Assembly: GCF_006345805.1 (NCBI RefSeq)
Contig: NC_043000.1
Coordinates: 64,542,001 to 64,606,000, forward strand
Source of the DNA: Octopus sinensis
Lineage: Eukaryota
DNA: 64,000 nucleotides
Reading direction: 5' to 3'
This document shows positions 38,367 to 51,623 of this stretch, piece after piece. The position numbers and the translations under genes were made by a program. The number at the start of each line of letters is the position of its first letter. The first letter of the stretch is position 1. The notes under the pieces were generated by a model that saw only the letters and a list, made by a program, of their open reading frames with translations, was not told where the DNA came from and made no database searches.

Positions 38367-39265
38367 ACTATATTTGAAAGAAAAAATCCAATTTGGTCAC
38401 GCAAGGAACACCTTTGATCATAAGGTCTGCTCAATGAGGTCTAAACAAAAGCTATCTGGTCTAGGTCTAAACTAAAGCGATTAACTCTTTTACACAAGTC
38501 AACGAAGAAACTACTACGTGATCTCATGAGCTGTTAGAAATGATGATCAAATATCTCTCAAATGATACTTTACAGTCTTTAAAAATAAGGGATATAGTTT
38601 TTGGAGGAAAAAAGCAAAAAACAAAAAAGGGGATGGCGATGTATATGACGATTTTAATCATTGGTCTGCTCGGTCATTTTTGATCTACACTAAACAAAGC
38701 AACTGTTTTCACTCGTAGACATAAAGTACATGAAGTTAAGTCATGGAAATATAAATGTAATGGAAACATATATGCGGAAACACATTGGTTAGAATAGCAA
38801 CAGTATTAATTAACTTTCCAAGTGAAATGTTAGCTTAATCTTCAGTTAAGTAGCAAAGTCTACTGATTTGGTTGCGCAAAAATAAATATGCAATAAATAA
38901 ATAAATAAATAAATAAAGAAGAAGAAGAAGAAGAAGAAGAAGAAGAAGAAGAAGAAGAAGAGAAGGAGGAGGAGGGGAAGAAGTTTGTAGAAGGATAAAA
39001 TTTCATCACTCATGCGCAAAGAATTTTCATAATCTATCTATAATCTCAGAACTTGATCTATTGTTATCTCATTGGCACTCGTTATTACATCACTGCTGCT
39101 ATAATCTACAAATCCACTTCCCACACACAAATCTTTCAAGGAAATATGCTGGTTTTCTTTATCCTTCACATCTTGACATTGCATTAACTTATCATCAATA
39201 TCATCATCACATACAAAGAGTGGCAGGCAGAAACGGTAACGTAATATTTAATTTTGTCTCCCTAC

Positions 39266-39625
39266 GGAGGCGATGACAAGTGGTCGACACTTCTGGTGAT
39301 TTGCTGTGTTTGAGAAAACAGGTCAAGCTAAGTGAAATCGTGGTCGTGGCCATGCTGCTAACACGTAGAAGGCACCCGTGCCAGATGACACGCAAAAGAA
39401 AACCAGTACACTCTGTAGAGTGGCTGGCGTTAGAAAGGGCATTCCGCCGTAGGAACCAAGCGAAAACAGACTGGAGCCTGGTGCAGCTCTCCGGCTTGCC
39501 AGCTCCAGTCAAATCGTCTAACCCAAGCCAGCCTGGCAAACGGACGTTAAATGATGATGAGGATAATGATGACGGTGATGATGATGATAATGATGATGAT
39601 GATGATGACGACGACGATGACGAGG
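39266..39625 (+). mobile_element. SINE-like family F with (GAT)n tail
   Basis: CAGTACACTCTGTAGAGTGGCTGGCGTTAGAAAGGGCAT..GGACGTTAAATGATGATG. A second copy is inverted at 62437-62715. Confidence 0.7.
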
Positions 39626-39769
39626 ACAACGTTCCTACAAGAAGTCCCGCCAAGGTTTCTATCATCATTAATTTATAATTCATAAAATAAACGCTATTTA
39701 TTTAAAAATTCGTTTTCATGGCCTTAATGACATCGGGAAGTCATCGCTACCTGATGATTTTAAGTGAAG

Positions 39770-40175
39770 CTTCTTTTGAGCATCTGTGGAATCTGTCTAT
39801 TATACGGGTCCACTTATTGGGCAAAGGAAGCAAGAGTTGATGGCACTTAAACCTACATGTCACGAATCGTTCTCAAAATCTTGTGGAAGAAGCATCCAGC
39901 CAAAGAAAACCTGTGTGGCAATCTTCTTGCAATCACTGACGTCATAAGAAAGAGACGCATGCGTTCTACAAAACGTCGCTGGAAAGCCAAACAAGGATCC
40001 TTTTGTGATATACTCCAATGGACATCCAGACAAGGGCCGGTCGTTCAATAAGTACCTGTATCCACCAGATCTATATAGACAGGATATTTCCTTGTGCTGA
40101 CCTAAACGCTATGTAGGATCGCTACGTATAATGACATCGAGTCGGGTAAATCCGAGCAAGTTCGAGAAAATGATG
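39770..40175 (+). mobile_element. RTE-clade LINE 3' fragment
   Basis: Frameshifted ASVESVLLYG, RIVLKILWKKHPAKENLCGNLLAITDVIRKRRMR, WKAKQ..DILQWT match typical RTE C-terminal motifs. Ends in TGATG. Confidence 0.7.
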
Positions 40176-40809
40176 TTGCATTGCGTCGATTCAGTTTGCT
40201 ATATTCCTTTACAAATTCGCATAATTTGTATGAGAAATCAATATCATCGGGTTTTATAAGCTGATAAGTCTTTGAACTAATACATCAGATGATGATGTCA
40301 ATCTTCCGTCAATATTTTTCATCACCGATCATTGACAGACATGGGTATTACTGACATGAAGCACGTTGACCTACAACAACAGATCTAATGCCTGTAATCA
40401 TCATTGTTTGAGTCAGGCACAGATTTAAGTGTAATCTTTCAAGAGAAAACTGAAAATCATGTATTGACTTACTGATGTCAAGCATAGAAGTCTTAAGTGA
40501 CCTATAAACCATCATCACCGTGTTACTACTGAACTGTCAAACATTTTACCTTCAAAATCATCCGAAACTTTTTCTGCATCAAAGAAGTTGATAGTGCATT
40601 ATAATTTGACTAAACTTAACACATTAACTAATGGGTTGTAGACATAATTCAAAGCCCATTTTAGCACCTTCTTATAGCTCTTGAGTTCCTTTAACGGAGA
40701 CCACACTTGCAAGCAATTGGACCCAGTACCCGGTTTGAAAATAATTCGTTATCTTGATGCCCTTCTTCCTGTTGCAGTAACTGATGAAAAGTTTTCTTCC
40801 TCTTTTTAC

Positions 40810-40914
40810 CCTCCACTAGTTTCGTAGGCTCTGCAGACGTTCATGGAATCTGCTCCTCCTCCCACTTTGGCTAAGCAAGAGGTGGCTAAGTTAGAATCGA
40901 CTCTCTGAAGACTT
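40810..40914 (-). CDS. Candidate 105-nt internal exon (SLQRVDSNLATSCLAKVGGGADSMNVCRAYETSG)
   Basis: TATTTCTTTCAG acceptor, GG/GTAAAA donor, symmetric length, only one frame open, GC-richer than flanks. No family recognised. Confidence 0.2.
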
Positions 40915-41151
40915 CTGAAAGAAATACAACGTTCGAGGGTAAAATCACTGTACTGGAATATATTTTGGATGGTTTAAATTTATTCAACTAACAGCGAAGT
41001 TTTAGAAACACCTATTCATATATATGTATATTTACTTACAATTGTAATTACTTATTTAAACTAGTTACAATTGTGTGTGAAGCATAGAAACAAAAGTTAG
41101 AGAGGTGCTTATTCGGAACCTTTTTTTTTAGTTTTTATAAAATATGCTCAG

Positions 41152-41201
<50 letters not shown>

Positions 41202-41443
41202 TGGTCTTTGCACCGTTTTACATAGAGTCATAGACAAGCTATTCAATTTGCTTCCTGTTCGCTTCGGGTCGATGATGTTGATAAGCCACAAAAATGGCGA
41301 AACATCGATGTCAATTGCTTCTGAAAAGGACTTGGTGTGAGTTGTCGCACTTGTCTATGACTGACTTCCAGATGTTTTAACACTCAGCGCTTTGAGAGGG
41401 TCGTTTCCACCGCGTCGAATCGAAGCTGACCGCGAACTAGTAA

Positions 41444-41474
<31 letters not shown>

Positions 41475-41476
41475 AA

Positions 41477-41867
41477 TCTTTTACTTATTTCAATCATTTT
41501 AACTGCATCAATGCTGGAGCACTGCCTTTAGTCGAACAAATCGACCCCAGGACTTATTCTTTGTAAGCCTAGTACTTATTCTATCGTTTTCTTTTGCCGA
41601 ACCGTTAAGTTACGCGGACGTAAACAGACCAACATCGGTTGTCAAGCGATGGGGGAGGACAAACAGACACACAAACATATACATACGTATATATTCGACG
41701 GGCTTCTTTCAGTTTCCGTCTACCAAATCCACTCACAAGGCTTTGATTGGCCCGAGCGAGGCTATAGTAAAAGACACTTACTTGCCCAAGGTGCCATGCA
41801 GTGGGACTGAACCCGGAACCGTGTGGTTGGGAAGCGAGCTTCTTACCACACAGCCACTCCTGCGCCT
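41477..41867 (-). mobile_element. SINE family B, full length
   Basis: Complete tail-to-head match. Confidence 0.9.
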
Positions 41868-42552
41868 ATATCTCTTATACTATAATGGAGAAAGCTGCTT
41901 ATTAATTAGGTATGTAACAATTACTAAAAGTACTAAAAGAAAGCAATTTTTAAAGGAAATATTTTTATAAATTCATGTTTTAAAAAATTTCCTATAATTT
42001 CGATTTCTCAAGTTTATTGAATTTTTTAAATTCCAATTTCTCGCAAATTTGAATATTCAATGCATTCACTGCGTCCAATTCACAAATTTAAATATTCATT
42101 GCATTCACTGCGGAGTATTCCATTTTCATTTGCAAAGTCTCTCACTTTCTTTTAAGTTTTAATTCACTATTTGGAAAACCGACAGTTTATTCTATTAATG
42201 TATACTTAATGTAAAAATATTATCTATTGAATGAAAACTTTTTAAAATACCTGTATAATTTTTGAACGCGGGATAGCTGTGAGAAGAGACTAGAAAGTTG
42301 GGTAATTATTATTAGAAGACGAGGAGAAAAAATAAGAAGTTATCGACAAGTACTCGAAACTTGCACATTATTCACAGTTTCCAAACACTCTGTACCACTA
42401 AGCCAAATATATACACAAACAAGTTGCACGAACAATTTCAACAGTGACACACACACCAATACACACTCGCGCACACACATAGATATACATACACACAAAT
42501 GAAAGGCAATGTTTGTGTGTGTGCGTGCGTGCGTGTGTGTGTGTATGTGTGC

Positions 42553-42589
<37 letters not shown>

Positions 42590-43636
42590 CGTGCGTGTGT
42601 GTGTGTGTGTGTGTGGTGTGTGCGTGCGTGTGTGTGTGTGTGTGCTCACTGACAAAACTTCGTGCTGCATCACTTGTGAAGTTTTGTCTGTGAACAGGTC
42701 GCGGTTTCAAAGTAGCGAAAATATGTTGACACAAATGAAATTTTAATATTCAAGTGAAACTGGTACTACTTAAATATAGGTGTTACATACAAAACATTTT
42801 AAATGTACGCTATGTGGACGTGTAATGACACCCTAGCCCTAACTAACCCTAACACTAACCCTCCCCTTCATATTGTTACGTAGATGCATCGGGACCTCTG
42901 TATTTAAATAGTGTCGTGAAACTAACGGTTTTGTGTGTTCTTGAATGGTTTACGCGCTGCAATTGTTTTTGCTTCAGCACACGATCTCAGATCAAGCCAC
43001 TTGCTATGCAAGTACATCTCCGTAATTTTTTTTTTTACATCACTGTGGATAAATGCCAGCAATGATCTTCTCAGGCTCTCCAATATTTTAATTTCTAAAC
43101 AGAAACAATCGGGAGCAGGGAGAGGTATTGCAAAAAAATTCATAATTTCTCAAATTTTCTTTTTTATAGCATGCACATCTATTTATGGGGAAAAAAATTG
43201 AAAAATATCAATACATGCGAGAGTGAGAAAGAAACGAGGAGGGTTGTCTTTGAATGTGCTAGAAACAACAGCCAAATCTCACATTTCCCTCTGAAAATAT
43301 TAACAATTTTTTTCTTTTTTTTTTTACCGAAAATACTTTTCCCATGGTTTTGAAATGCAAAAAAAAATGGCCAAAATAGATCCGAAGTGGGATGATGAGG
43401 GAGAGGATGAAAAAAAAAGGGTTTTCAAAGCGTTTTTTTTTATATAAAGATGCCCCCACGCCCGCCCAACCCTATTATTTCGAATGCTTGGGTTTAAAAA
43501 GTAGGGAAAATCCCCGAAAAAATCTTCTCCACAATTTTCTTTATAATCGTAATCTATGCCGTTTGAAAAGGATTTGTATAAATTTTCCTTTAAAGATACC
43601 CATCTTCCTGAAAGTTATGAGAGAAAAAAAGTCAAA

Positions 43637-44680
43637 TCGTGTGAATTTTCCGAAACTTCTTTCTCCATCCCCTCGAAAAAATTCTTTCCCATAAATCCCT
43701 ATATACTCTGAAGCCACAACATCTAAGCGGTATTTGCAAAAAATTTTGTTTAAAGTATCCATTTTTCTGGATGTCATGAGGCAAAGTTGGGGTGTATACA
43801 ACTATAGTAATGCCTTTTTATTTATATGATCTTTTCGTTTCATGTTTATTTCATTCATTGTTTGCAATGTTCTTTCCCCTCCCCCTCACACACAAACTCA
43901 CACACACACACACACTGCAAAGTTTACAGATGGACTACTGAATTGAAATCTCTATGTTGCTATGAGGGGAAGGTAAAAATTGACAAACTGTTTCTCCCTT
44001 TGTTGTTGGACTACCGTAGTGTTTGTTTAAAAGAGAGAGATTATGACTGTGGTAAAATAATGAAAGAAATATTTACTAAGCAAGTGAGCACTATTATACA
44101 GAGAAATAATTAGACATAAAATATAAACGTTATTAGAATTGGGGATCAAATGTGAAAATAATATCAAGTTACTAACAGAAAACCGCCCGGAGGGCGGTCT
44201 TTCTGCTAGTATATATAGTAAATGAAAAAATGTTTGATAAATAAACAAACGACATAACTTGTACTCAATGTACAACCGGACGGGAGACAAACACAGAAGG
44301 TCCACAATTCTTCATTAGTTATCAACAAATTAGTAATACTGTTTCGCATTATTAATCATAAGACTGAAAACTTCCCCTATTGGCAGTGTCCGCAAAAACT
44401 TTGCGGAGAATATAGGGCCGAGAGCAAACAAAACAAAGCAATACAGAGTGGAGACACGAAAGTGAATGAAAGTGATTTAGGATGATGGACAAAGAAGAAA
44501 TAAATAAGAAACGAACAAAATACAGCCTCATGGGCAAAAGAGACAAGAATAGAGGGTAACGCTTGGAAGACATCCTAAAGGATAGAAAGCAGTGAAACAA
44601 AGACAGGGAGAAAGAGCGAAGGCAAGAGAGAGTCACATGGATACACACACACATGTATATACATATATATATGTGTGTGT

Positions 44681-44734
<54 letters not shown>

Positions 44735-45019
44735 GCAGTGTGTGTGTGTGTGTGAGAGTGTGTGTGTGAGGGGGAGGGGAAAGAACATTGCAAACAATGA
44801 ATGAAATAAACATGAAACGAAAAGATCATATAAATAAAAAGGCATTACTATAGTTGTATACACCCCAACTTTGCCTCATGACATCCAGAAAAATGGATAC
44901 TTTAAACAAAATTTTTTGCAAATACCGCTTAGATGTTGTGGCTTCAGAGTATATAGGATTTATGGGAAAGAATTTTTTCGAGGGGATGGAGAGAAAGAAG
45001 TTTCGGAAAATTCACACGA
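43637..45019. repeat. ~285-bp near-identical inverted duplication (43637-43919 / 44734-45019)
   Basis: Arms differ only by a single C in CCC and small changes in the CA tract. The ORF track shows the duplicated peptides MYTPQLCL and MIFSFHVY. Confidence 0.9.
44176..44209 (+). mobile_element. Helitron-type 3' terminus
   Basis: Hairpin CAGAAAACCGCCC-GGA-GGGCGGTCTTTCTG immediately followed by CTAG then T. The 5' end was not identified. Confidence 0.5.
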
Positions 45020-45030
45020 ATATATGTATG

Positions 45031-45108
<78 letters not shown>

Positions 45109-45109
45109 A

Positions 45110-45141
<32 letters not shown>

Positions 45142-45843
45142 CATTCGAAATGTGATCTTGGTATATAGCAGTTAGCTTCAAAACGGCCTTCCACCTCTGG
45201 AATAAGCCATAAAAAAAAAATAGAAATGGGAATCTCTTTTACTTCATTTTAGATTACATTTCAACCTCCCCTTAAACCTAAGACAGACTATCTCAGGCAT
45301 TGTTTTTATTATGTCCTGTAACATTTTGATTTCACGAGATCGCACTTTGAAACACGTCACTGTCTGAACGTGACATCTGTCTTCTTTCGAAACAAAGCTT
45401 CTCAACTCCACCCCTTTCATTCCTCGCCGCATAGACCTACTCTTTTGTATGCACTGATAATCTAACATGGCAAACAAATTACTAACAAAGCAAAGGATTT
45501 CTTCATTATGACTTATATTTGTGTAGATTATTTGTCTCATGTACTTGTTATTAGGGATGTCATGACCTCTGTGGATCCCATTGAGACAATAAGAAAACTT
45601 TCTCAGCCTTTCATAATGATTTATGTCTTCTGTACGCTGATTATATATCGCTATATATACATGCACATGCGCACACTGACAAAGAGACAGATAATGTGTG
45701 TGTGTATGTATGTATGTATGTATGTAGTATGTATGTATGTATGTATGTATGTATGTATGTATGCATGCATGCATGTAGGGCACATGGGTAGGTATACCTA
45801 TAAGCTTGCTTCTAATCGAGAGAGCCTGTCTTAGTGGAAGTCT

Positions 45844-45890
<47 letters not shown>

Positions 45891-46285
45891 GCATATGTGG
45901 GCACAGGACGTCACGAAATGTGTACAACAAAAAAGTACAAAGCACAAGTACATGGAACATGAACTATTCTTTCGAACAACGAAAGACACAAATGGAAAAC
46001 AAAACAAACAACATAAAGAACGACCCTTCATCAGTTGTTGGCTGTTTTTCTAATCTCGTATTTCGAGCTATTAACAACAATATACGCTTTCGATAAAACA
46101 GTTGCTCCCGCAAAGCAAATTAAATAAAATTTGGGATTTTGCGGAGGGTCAAAATTGGTAACACATGCAGGACAGTGAAAACAAACAGGAAGGGCTGCTG
46201 AGTCTAGATGAGGTTGCGGTGGCGAACGCGTAAATCAAGCTTAGATAGGAGACAAAAAAGAACACGTCTTCCTTGTTTCAGCTAC

Positions 46286-46330
<45 letters not shown>

Positions 46331-47366
46331 TCTGATATACAATACACCATAGATAGACATAATTCATAAAACTGCAGTGAATTTTTATGGGAGTTTTCTG
46401 AGCCGCGATTGAGAAGATAAAAATCACTTTTGTTGATGCTAGCGTCTGCAGGATGAGGATATCGAATGAGCTGAACGTCAAGCGTCTTAGAAACATCAAC
46501 TGCAAGAGTGAAGGAAATCTTTTCAAGTGGAAGATTTTTCGATTCCTCACAACTGTACAGCTTGACTATTTGTCTTTCAGTATCTGTCACATTCTGATCT
46601 CTCTTGTTACCACTTGGCGTCAAACTGTTGTTGAATCAAAAATCGTCAAAATACTGGAATTCTGCAGAAGCTGACGCTTGAATTTCGTGAATGTTCAGCA
46701 TCTTCTGTAGCTTCAGCAAGCCTTTTTCTAATACATTGTCGTATATCCATTATAGAGTAGATCTGTAACAAAGAATTAATGGATTGCTTATAAATGTACT
46801 TGTTTACAAAACAACAAAAAGTCTGCTAACACAGCAGCTTGACACATTAATAAACACCAAAAATAAACACACATTATTTTGACATTACGTTTTTAAGTAA
46901 ACAAATATTTTTACAGTGAGGTATTTTTATTTTCCCAGCCTAAATTTAATTCAGCCAAAAAAGCAATAATATTTTGCTAATTATGAGGAAGGTTCGCAGT
47001 AAGGCGATAACAAGAACCAACGAGTCGGACTTTGGGCAATCTTTGTATATTCAGCTTACTATCCAAACAGCCAAGACAACTTACAAAGAAAACACAAAGA
47101 CTACTTAAATTACATTTGTACACGTAGATGTGCGGCGAAATTTGTCGTGGTTTAGACTGAGGCAGAACTTGAGCTATTCGCTGGGGAAAGATTTCACATT
47201 CCACCCACCAAAAAAATAAATGCTTTTAATCATAGAACAAGTTGATTTAAGCTAATTAATAATATAATCGAGCTAAAACTTATAAATAATGCTAGTGCAA
47301 TAACAAAAATGCTGCAAAAATTAGTGAAAGCGAAATTATATTATTTAATAGTATTTTTGAAGTGCT

Positions 47367-47422
47367 GAGAGCTGACGAGAATTACATGTTGCGAGGTGTA
47401 GAATCGAAACTGCGTTAGCCCT
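47367..47422 (+). ncRNA. Degenerate hammerhead-like relic
   Basis: GAGAG CTGACGA GAATTACA-TGTTGCGAGG-TGTAGAATC GAAA CTGCG TT AGCCC. Cores intact; helices I and III damaged. Confidence 0.3.
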
Positions 47423-48905
47423 GTAACGAGAAATAGGCCATACCACATCAGACGACTTGCTTTGAATTTTAACCAATCATATTTCAGCTGTGATCATTTT
47501 ATTGTACGTTTTCTAGTGGTATTTCTATGATTTTCCCCATCAAAACATGCTTATAAATATAGAAACACGAGATAATCAGCGTAGAAGTTTCAAGGCTTTC
47601 AGGATTCTTGGTAGCTTTTCAAACTCAGGTTAAAAAGAATCGTTTGTTCATCATGAAAATATAATTTTCCCGTCTCTCACAAAATGAACGAGTGGCCGTT
47701 AAATTCTTAACCAAAGCACACCATATATTCATATCTTTTTACTGATAATCAATGATACAGCCTCCAGTAAGCTACCGTTGTAAATATTGTAAAGTTATGT
47801 ATAAAAAGTGGTCTCATAAAAAACAAATCTTAAATAAACTTGGTTGCATATGAGAAACAGCACGAGCCAAATACAACTCTAACAATCATTCAACATCCAT
47901 CAAACCAGTCTACATACTCTTTCAATATGTCGGATAATTTGTCAACATCATATATAACTGCATTTACATACGTCCGTTCATTACAAATCAGAACCAAATG
48001 ATTCATGCAATCTTGTATCACAATGATGTTCTAAGGGTAATAAAAGAATGTTCAGAAAAACATGTGATAGCAGAATTTGGGCCGTGGTTTTAACGAATAC
48101 TGATTGTCGGAAAGCTAGCCATCTCCGGCGAGAAAAATTGGTCACAGCAATCGCTCAGTCTTTGATCGAAGTCTTTCACGCGAATTTGCTGCCAACTTAA
48201 AATAGAACCTTGCCTTTTTCAAGAGAACCTCTATCTCCCCGCCTCTTATACTAGTACATTAAAGAAAATATATGAAACATTAGGGAACAATATGAATTAG
48301 TAAAACAAGCTTACCTTGGAGAGAAAGAAGGGTAGACAGTAACCATATTTCTTTACAACCAGCAAATAAAAATGTGAGATTCACTTGTGAACAAAAGGAG
48401 AATAGGACAAAACATGACTTCACTGCGAGATAATGACTATGTAAAATGAGAAGCTTGTATGCACAGTAGGCAGCAAAATGCGTATTCGTACGCAATAAGT
48501 GAGCAAAAGGTTAGTAGAGTAACTTCACAGAGATATGGATAAAAGGAATACATTTATAAATGGTGCTAATCGGAGCTAAACAACAGGTCGCAACCAAATT
48601 CAATGTTCCGTGCTCGCTAATCGATCAAAAAAAATTACTGATTTTGCTCAGTATATATGAAAATCACTGAGATGCAAAAACAGTCATGATAGAAGAGGAA
48701 ACAAAGTGGAAATCAAAGGAAGATATTTACGAGACATATCCGCTGATTCCTGGAATGAAACATGCATTACAGCGACAAAGTATTGAAATCTGTCACAGAA
48801 ATATTTCGATAAAAACGTGACTTCTACGAAATTTAGTTCACGAATATCGACACACTAAGTTTAAATTTTGTGATGCCAGGTTTGCCCTTGTCTGGCGCAG
48901 CCAGT

Positions 48906-49009
48906 GATGTATGTATGTATGCATGTATGTATGTATGTATGTATGTATGTATGTATGTATGTATGTATGTATGTATGTATGTGTGTATGTATGTATATAT
49001 GTATGTATG

Positions 49010-49043
<34 letters not shown>

Positions 49044-49375
49044 TGTATGTATATATGTATGTATGTATATATGTGTGTATGTATGTATGTATGTATGTAT
49101 GTATGTATGTGTGCATGTATGTGTGTATGTATGTATGTATGTGTGCATGCATGTGTGTATGTATGTGAGTGTGTATGTATGTATGTATGTATGTATGTAT
49201 GTATGTATGTATGTATGTGTGCATGCATGTGTGTATGTATGTGTGTATGTATGTATGTATGTATGTATGTATGAATGTATGTATGTATGTATGTGTGCAT
49301 GCATGTGTGTATGTATGTGTGTATGTATGTGAGTGTGTATGTATGTGTGTATGTATCTATGTACGTATGTATGTG
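48906..49375. repeat. ~470-bp degenerate (TATG)n microsatellite
   Basis: Direct reading. Confidence 0.97.
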
Positions 49376-49389
49376 TGATATGTCAGGTT

Positions 49390-49915
49390 ACTTTCGAGTG
49401 CTACTGGTAACATGTAACCCAGTACAACCTGTTGCATGGTCGGGTCGTCGGCGGCTAAACCGGCAACCCCACCAAGCTTGCTTGGTGAGGAGGGTGTTTA
49501 TTGGACACCCTGTGGGATGAAAAACAAAACCCGTCAAAGGACGGAGGAACTCTTGAGAGTCAACGGCCATCCAATAAATGTCTTAAGGCTGTATCATGCG
49601 CGGGGACATAGAAATAATCGGACTGAATACCTGATCGCGCGGTTAAACCATTGGGAGTGAAGGACTCCTAGCCTTTGTTAGGGCATCCTTCTAGGAGAAG
49701 GTAACTCAGGTAACTGGGATAACTCCGACATAAAACCTGCGGCTCAGTAGTTACCGATGATGTTGACTTGTTCTTCTTTTCGGATTATGGCTGCTGTTGC
49801 TTAGTGAGTGGGATTGACTCAGTGCACAGCCTTTCCTCACTTTAAAAAAAATCTTCTTGCACAGGCATTGCACGTCGTGCAATGGCCATACTCGATAACG
49901 AGAGGGCAGCCACCA
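49390..49915 (+). mobile_element. GC-richer insertion resembling an RTE-type 5' UTR or RTE-derived non-autonomous element
   Basis: Bounded by (TATG)n on both sides, structured, and contains GGGCATCCTTCTAGGAGAAGGTAACTC. Family assignment is from recall only. Confidence 0.35.
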
Positions 49916-51538
49916 TGTATGTATGTATGTATGTATGTATGTATGTATGTATGTATGTATGTATGTATGTATGTATGTATGTAGTGGAACAAAATGGTTG
50001 AATAAAGGTATGTACAAATAACTTAAATATTGTTTTCGAATTTTACTTTAAAATATTTAAGCGAATCAGTTCTATAGCTCGTATAAGATGTTGTAGTCCG
50101 ACAAAGACATTAACCATGAGTGGTGTAGATTCTAGCAGCTTGCTGGCTTAAGTTGCGTCATGACCACTATCGTCATCACTGTCGCCGTGGTCCGTAGCCA
50201 ATGTTGACTGTCGATGGTCTTGGCTGTCTTACAGTCTCTGACGGCTTAAAACAAACTAGATATAGCTGCTGTCTGTCAAAGTAAAAGGTGCCGAAGACGA
50301 AATTGTTAATGAGAATTCAATGTCTTTTGTCCGAAAAATAATAATAAAATAACGCTTGTTTATAACACCGGGATCTAATAATTTAAATATTTGCTGGGTC
50401 TCTTGATCTGAGAGGCCAGCTTTTTGCTGGCGTCATCAATCCTTGACAGCATCTTGTTTCTGTTATTGTCATTTTTATGTGTGTATTCAGTGATTCGGGT
50501 TGGTTCCTGTGCAGTGAGTTGGTATTTGAAACTCTGCCGAATATCCCTGCTACATATGACTGAATGAACCATACAACTAATAATAAAGAACAAATTATGT
50601 TCAGTAAATTTATCAAAATATTTCCATTTTATTGTTCAGCATGAAAATAATATTCCATCAAGTTAAAGTCCTTTGTGTATGAATTTATATTTACATTCGA
50701 ATTTACATAACATGAAATCAGCTACAGAGTTTATCTAGTAACCAATGAAAGAAACAACTAACGTAAACAAGCAGTTTCTAATTATATAAACAGAAGATGA
50801 CATAATATTACAAAACTGAAGTCGCAAATTTGAAAGATCGTTCTTTATTTTTTGTTCAGATGATGGTGTACACTACGCCATCACTATGTGTTCTTTATAC
50901 CCGTAATCAATGAACAGCTGCCTTCCCAGCACGCGTAATATAACGATCGCCTCAGAATAGAATAATAACCAGTTGTGCTCTTTATCAGTTAATAGGTTCC
51001 TTACTCCCAGGGTACATTGGCTGACATAACTGCGGCAAAGTAAGAAAACATCCTTTTGTTCAAATCCTGCACAAATCTAGTTATTTTTTTTACTTTCATT
51101 TTTTTGTTGCTTATCTTTCATGTCTGACTTCAGCAACTCGATGTCCTAATGCCACTGGTATTAACTATGTTAATTACCACTTAATTCAATATTCATAATT
51201 AATTAAGCTGAAACAAGAGTTTCAACGTGAAGGTTCGGTCTGCTAAATATAGCAGTCAAACCTTTCCTTAAATTATATCTTATAGTTTTGAAAAAGGAGG
51301 GGTACGATGAATAATGTTGTCCTAGATATGCACTGCCCAAGAAAAGGACCGGGTGTTTATGTTTAGAGCACCATTGACCAGAGGTCTGTTAATCACGGAC
51401 GGTAAGTTACAGCAACAGTAGTGTGACGAATAAAATGACTTAAAGTTTTGGACAGTTTTTCGGTTTATGATCACAAACTGTAAGAGGAAAATGATCGTAA
51501 TTGACATTGAAATACATGCGCGCGCATACACACACAAA

Positions 51539-51623
51539 TACATGTTTCCCACCACTGCGATCTTCAAGTGCAACCTTCTCTCAGAATTTTACCTGAAGAT
51601 CGCAGTGGCGTGAAACTCAGGTC
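51539..51623. ncRNA. Degenerate divergent pair of minimal hammerhead-like cores
   Basis: Minus 51539-51567: TTGAAGA TCGC-AGTG-GTGG GAAA CATG TA. Plus 51593-51623: CTGAAGA TCGC-AGTG-GCGT GAAA C-TCAG-G TC. Helix I is not formed in either. Confidence 0.35.

Noticed and set aside
45960-46090. CTGATGA with nearby GAAA on the minus strand; related sequence at ~28880-28930
   Set aside because: Helices I and III could not be formed in type I or permuted topologies.
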